A stretch of 22,753 nucleotides of DNA. Origin: Octopus sinensis (lineage: Eukaryota). Shown in pieces: positions 20,095 through 22,753 of this stretch (positions are counted from its first letter, which is position 1; each line of letters begins with the position of its first letter). The notes beneath the pieces are model-generated. The model saw only the letters and a program-made list of their open reading frames with translations. It had not been told where the DNA came from and did no database searches. The stretch covers positions 1 to 22,753 of the forward strand of contig NW_021833528.1 of NCBI RefSeq assembly GCF_006345805.1, written 5' to 3'. The position numbers and the translations under genes are program-made.

Positions 20095-21996
20095 GTTCGA
20101 AGACGAGGTCGAGAGATGGATCAAGGAAGGAGTCCCTATCCCGTGCAAGGAGGAGGTGGTGAGCGGAGTGCTACCTCTGATGGCGGTGGTGCAGCCGACG
20201 AAGGGAACAGTCAGACCGGTGCTGGACTGTAGAGAACTGAACGACCATATATAGTGCCACACGGGAGGCGAGGCGAGGCGACGGACGTTTGCGGCGAGAC
20301 GTTATGTGTGTGGAAACAGTCGACCAAGGCTGCGACGATTGTCGACTTGAAGTCGGCATACTTGCAGCTCCATGTGAGTGACAAACTGCGGCGATATCAG
20401 CTGGTGCGGTACAAGGACCGGACGTACTGTTTAACCAGGCTGGGTTTCGGATTGAATTCCGCTCCGAAGATTATGGCGACGGTGCTTAAGTCCGTCCTAG
20501 GGAAAGAGGACAAGATAAGAAAGGCCACCAGTTCCTACATAGACGACATTTTGGTGGAGGAGACTGTAGTGCCAGCCACCGAGGTAGTGAGACATCTGGA
20601 GAAGTTCGGGCTGATTGCAAAGCCACCGGAGTCGTTGGCGCGGGGAGCTGCGCTGGGGCTGAAGCTACGAAGCGATAGATCGGGTGAGTTGGTGTTCCGG
20701 AGAGGAAATGAAATCCCAGAGCTGAATTCCAGCGTCAGCCGGAGAGAGCTGTTCTCGGTGTGTGAGAAGTTGGTCGGTCACTACCTTGTCGCTGGATGGG
20801 AGAGGTGGCGATGATGCAGGAAATCCTAGAGAGGACGAGAGCGGAAGACCCGATCAGGTGGAACTGGTATGTGGGACCGTTTGGTATGATGCTAGCAGTA
20901 TAGTGATAGGGGTTGTGTTGGAGATCGAAGGCGCTGAAGTGGATGATGCGGCCTGGTTTCGGAAAGCAGACGACTTTAACCACATCAATGTCGCCGAATT
21001 AGACACGGTGCAGAAGGGTGAATTTGGCCCTGAAATGGGGCTATGCTCAATTGAAATCCGGACGGATTCAGCCACCGTGCTCGGCTGGGTAGGATCGGTG
21101 ATCACCGATGAGAGGAGAGTTCGGACGAAAGGTGCCGCAGAGATATTAGTGAAGCGCCGCCTAGGAGTTCTAGGAGAGCTGATTGCCGAGTTCGGACTGA
21201 AGCTGAACGTGGCTTTCGCGCCTTCGGAGAGAAACATGGCAGACACACTGACCAGCGTGAAAAAGACGTGGCTGGAGGAGCCGGAGGAGGCAAAGAAAGG
21301 GATAGCTGCGGCGTGTCGGTTGGATGACTCCGAACAGAAGAGACTACATGCTATGCATCACTTGGGGGTGGATAGGACCCTGTATCTTGTGAAGATGATT
21401 GATGGTGACGTCACTAGGAGAAGCATCCGGAAAGTGGTCGGGAGCTGCGACAGGTGTTAGTCCACTGACCCTGCTCCGTGTGGGCATGAACAAGGAAACC
21501 TTTCGGTAGAGCACAACTGGAAGAGACTTGCTGTGGATGTGACGCACTACCGTCAGGAATGTATCTCTCCATGGTCGACTGCGGGCCGGGCCGGATAGCC
21601 ATTTGGAGGGAGTTGAGGACGGGCATTGCTGACGAGGTTGCGCAGATTTTGAACAGGATCTTTTTAGAGAAGGGTCCCATGGAAGAACTGCTAATGGACA
21701 ATGAGGCAGCGTTTCATTCGGAAGCGTTAAGGGATATGCTCGACCGGCGGAGAGTGCGCCGCTTGTTCAGAGCAGCCTATAGGCCGAGCGATAACGGAAT
21801 CGTAGAGAGGCACCATCGGACAGTCAAGGCCATAGCAGAAAGAGGGCACATTTCGCGACACGTCTTAGACCTTCGCAGGATTGTCGCTTCGTCGGATGAA
21901 GATTGTGGAGAGGAGGAGAATGAGGTGCCTAGCTTGAGGAGATCCCGACGCGTAAGGCGCCCTCCCGGTTGGATGGTGGACTTCGATGTGGAGTAG
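20095..21996 (+). pseudogene. Ty3/Gypsy-type pol relic: RT - RNase H - integrase
   Basis: RT: VRPVLDCRELN, DLKSAYLQL, LTRLGFGLNSAP, YIDDILV. RNase H: DASS, HINVAEL, RTDSAT, NMADTL. Integrase: HAMHH...CDRC zinc finger, AVDVTH, LMDNE, GIVERHHRT. C-terminal RRSRRVRRPP. Stops at about 20250 and 21458, a GGCGA duplication and internal deletions. No gag, protease or 5' LTR seen. Confidence 0.92.
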
Positions 21997-22030
21997 GGGG
22001 CGGGATGTAATCTTTAAGATCAGGGTGGCG

Positions 22031-22295
22031 TGTGGGATGACGTCAGCGTCTGGGGAGCTGACCGGAAGAGGAAGGGCGCGCGGATGACGCGCGCGTAGCC
22101 GGGGGAAAATTGCGCCCTTTTCAATCGGGTAAACCGTGAGTGCAGCATGTGTCAGTGCTTCGTCAAGGTGAGAGAAAGCAACTGCTATTTTTAGCGTTTC
22201 GGGACGGACTGCGTGGAAGGATACGTTACCACCCGTCAGGTCTGCGCCACCAAGAGAAGGTAGGTGTCTTACCTCTAATCTCCGCATTCTCTACA
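22031..22295 (+). mobile_element. Probable 3' LTR of the Gypsy relic
   Basis: TGT...ACA termini after a purine-rich stretch (CAGGGTGGCG); CpG-rich; abrupt switch to AT-rich DNA after 22295. An alternative start at 22006 (TGTAAT after AGTAGGGGGCGGGA) cannot be excluded. Confidence 0.6.
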
Positions 22296-22489
22296 AGATT
22301 AAATAAATAGAATAAAAAGAGTAAAAAAAAATGGTATAAAAACAGCATCAGATGCAAAAGAAAAACAAGGCAGAAATTCGCGAATTTCGGAAACATTGTG
22401 TATGTGTGAGAGAGAGAATGGTTGAGAAAAGAGAAAGAAAGAGAAAAGATCCTTTAAGTCTTGTCAGACAACTTGTCTGAAACAAAAAG

Positions 22490-22730
22490 GTTACAAGTTT
22501 ATATCATTTTATAATGTTCGCTTTCTAGAAAAGATTAAGACAAAATGGTCATGCCTGGAACGCCTTTTCTCACAGATCTATTACAATCAGAGCTAACCTG
22601 TGGTTAAAGCAATATTCTTCGCTGAATGATGAAGCAGCTAAAGTTAAAGAAAAGTTGAAAGAAGAAAGGATAGCAAATATCCATATTCCAAATATTGGGG
22701 TTCCCTTATAAAATAATATAAACTTGTAAC
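22490..22730. mobile_element. MITE-like element with 25-bp terminal inverted repeats
   Basis: GTTACAAGTTTATATCATTTTATAA (22490-22514) vs TTATAAAATAATATAAACTTGTAAC (22706-22730), 24/25 complementary; no clear TSD. Confidence 0.7.
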
Positions 22731-22753
22731 ACATTCTACCAGGATACGAAGTT

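Overview
This is AT-rich, microsatellite-dense eukaryotic DNA in which I recognise no host protein-coding gene; it looks intergenic or intronic. The recurring tRNA-head SINE-like repeats and (GAT)n-tailed elements match what I recall of octopus (coleoid cephalopod) repeat families, which is an inference and not a database result. The window is a transposon graveyard. It holds a decayed Tc1/mariner transposase (12304-13297), two different RTE-clade LINE fragments (4813-5300 and 13298-13995, both minus strand), a Ty3/Gypsy-type RT-RNaseH-integrase relic with a probable 3' LTR (20095-22295), non-autonomous Helitron-like elements (7341-7722, 9810-10955), several MITE/foldback elements and many SINE fragments. 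Most ORFs in the six-frame track are microsatellite translation artefacts. The most interesting signals are RNA-level. One is a tRNA-head SINE family, present in two copies, whose 3' module folds as a minimal type I hammerhead ribozyme (380-425 +, decayed copy about 8240-8281 -). Another is an unrelated hammerhead-like motif with a perfect 10-nt palindromic stem III at 9521-9569. There is also a near-perfect 105-bp-arm hairpin (16552-16784) and a promoter-like segment bracketed by 38-bp identical direct repeats (18437-19009).
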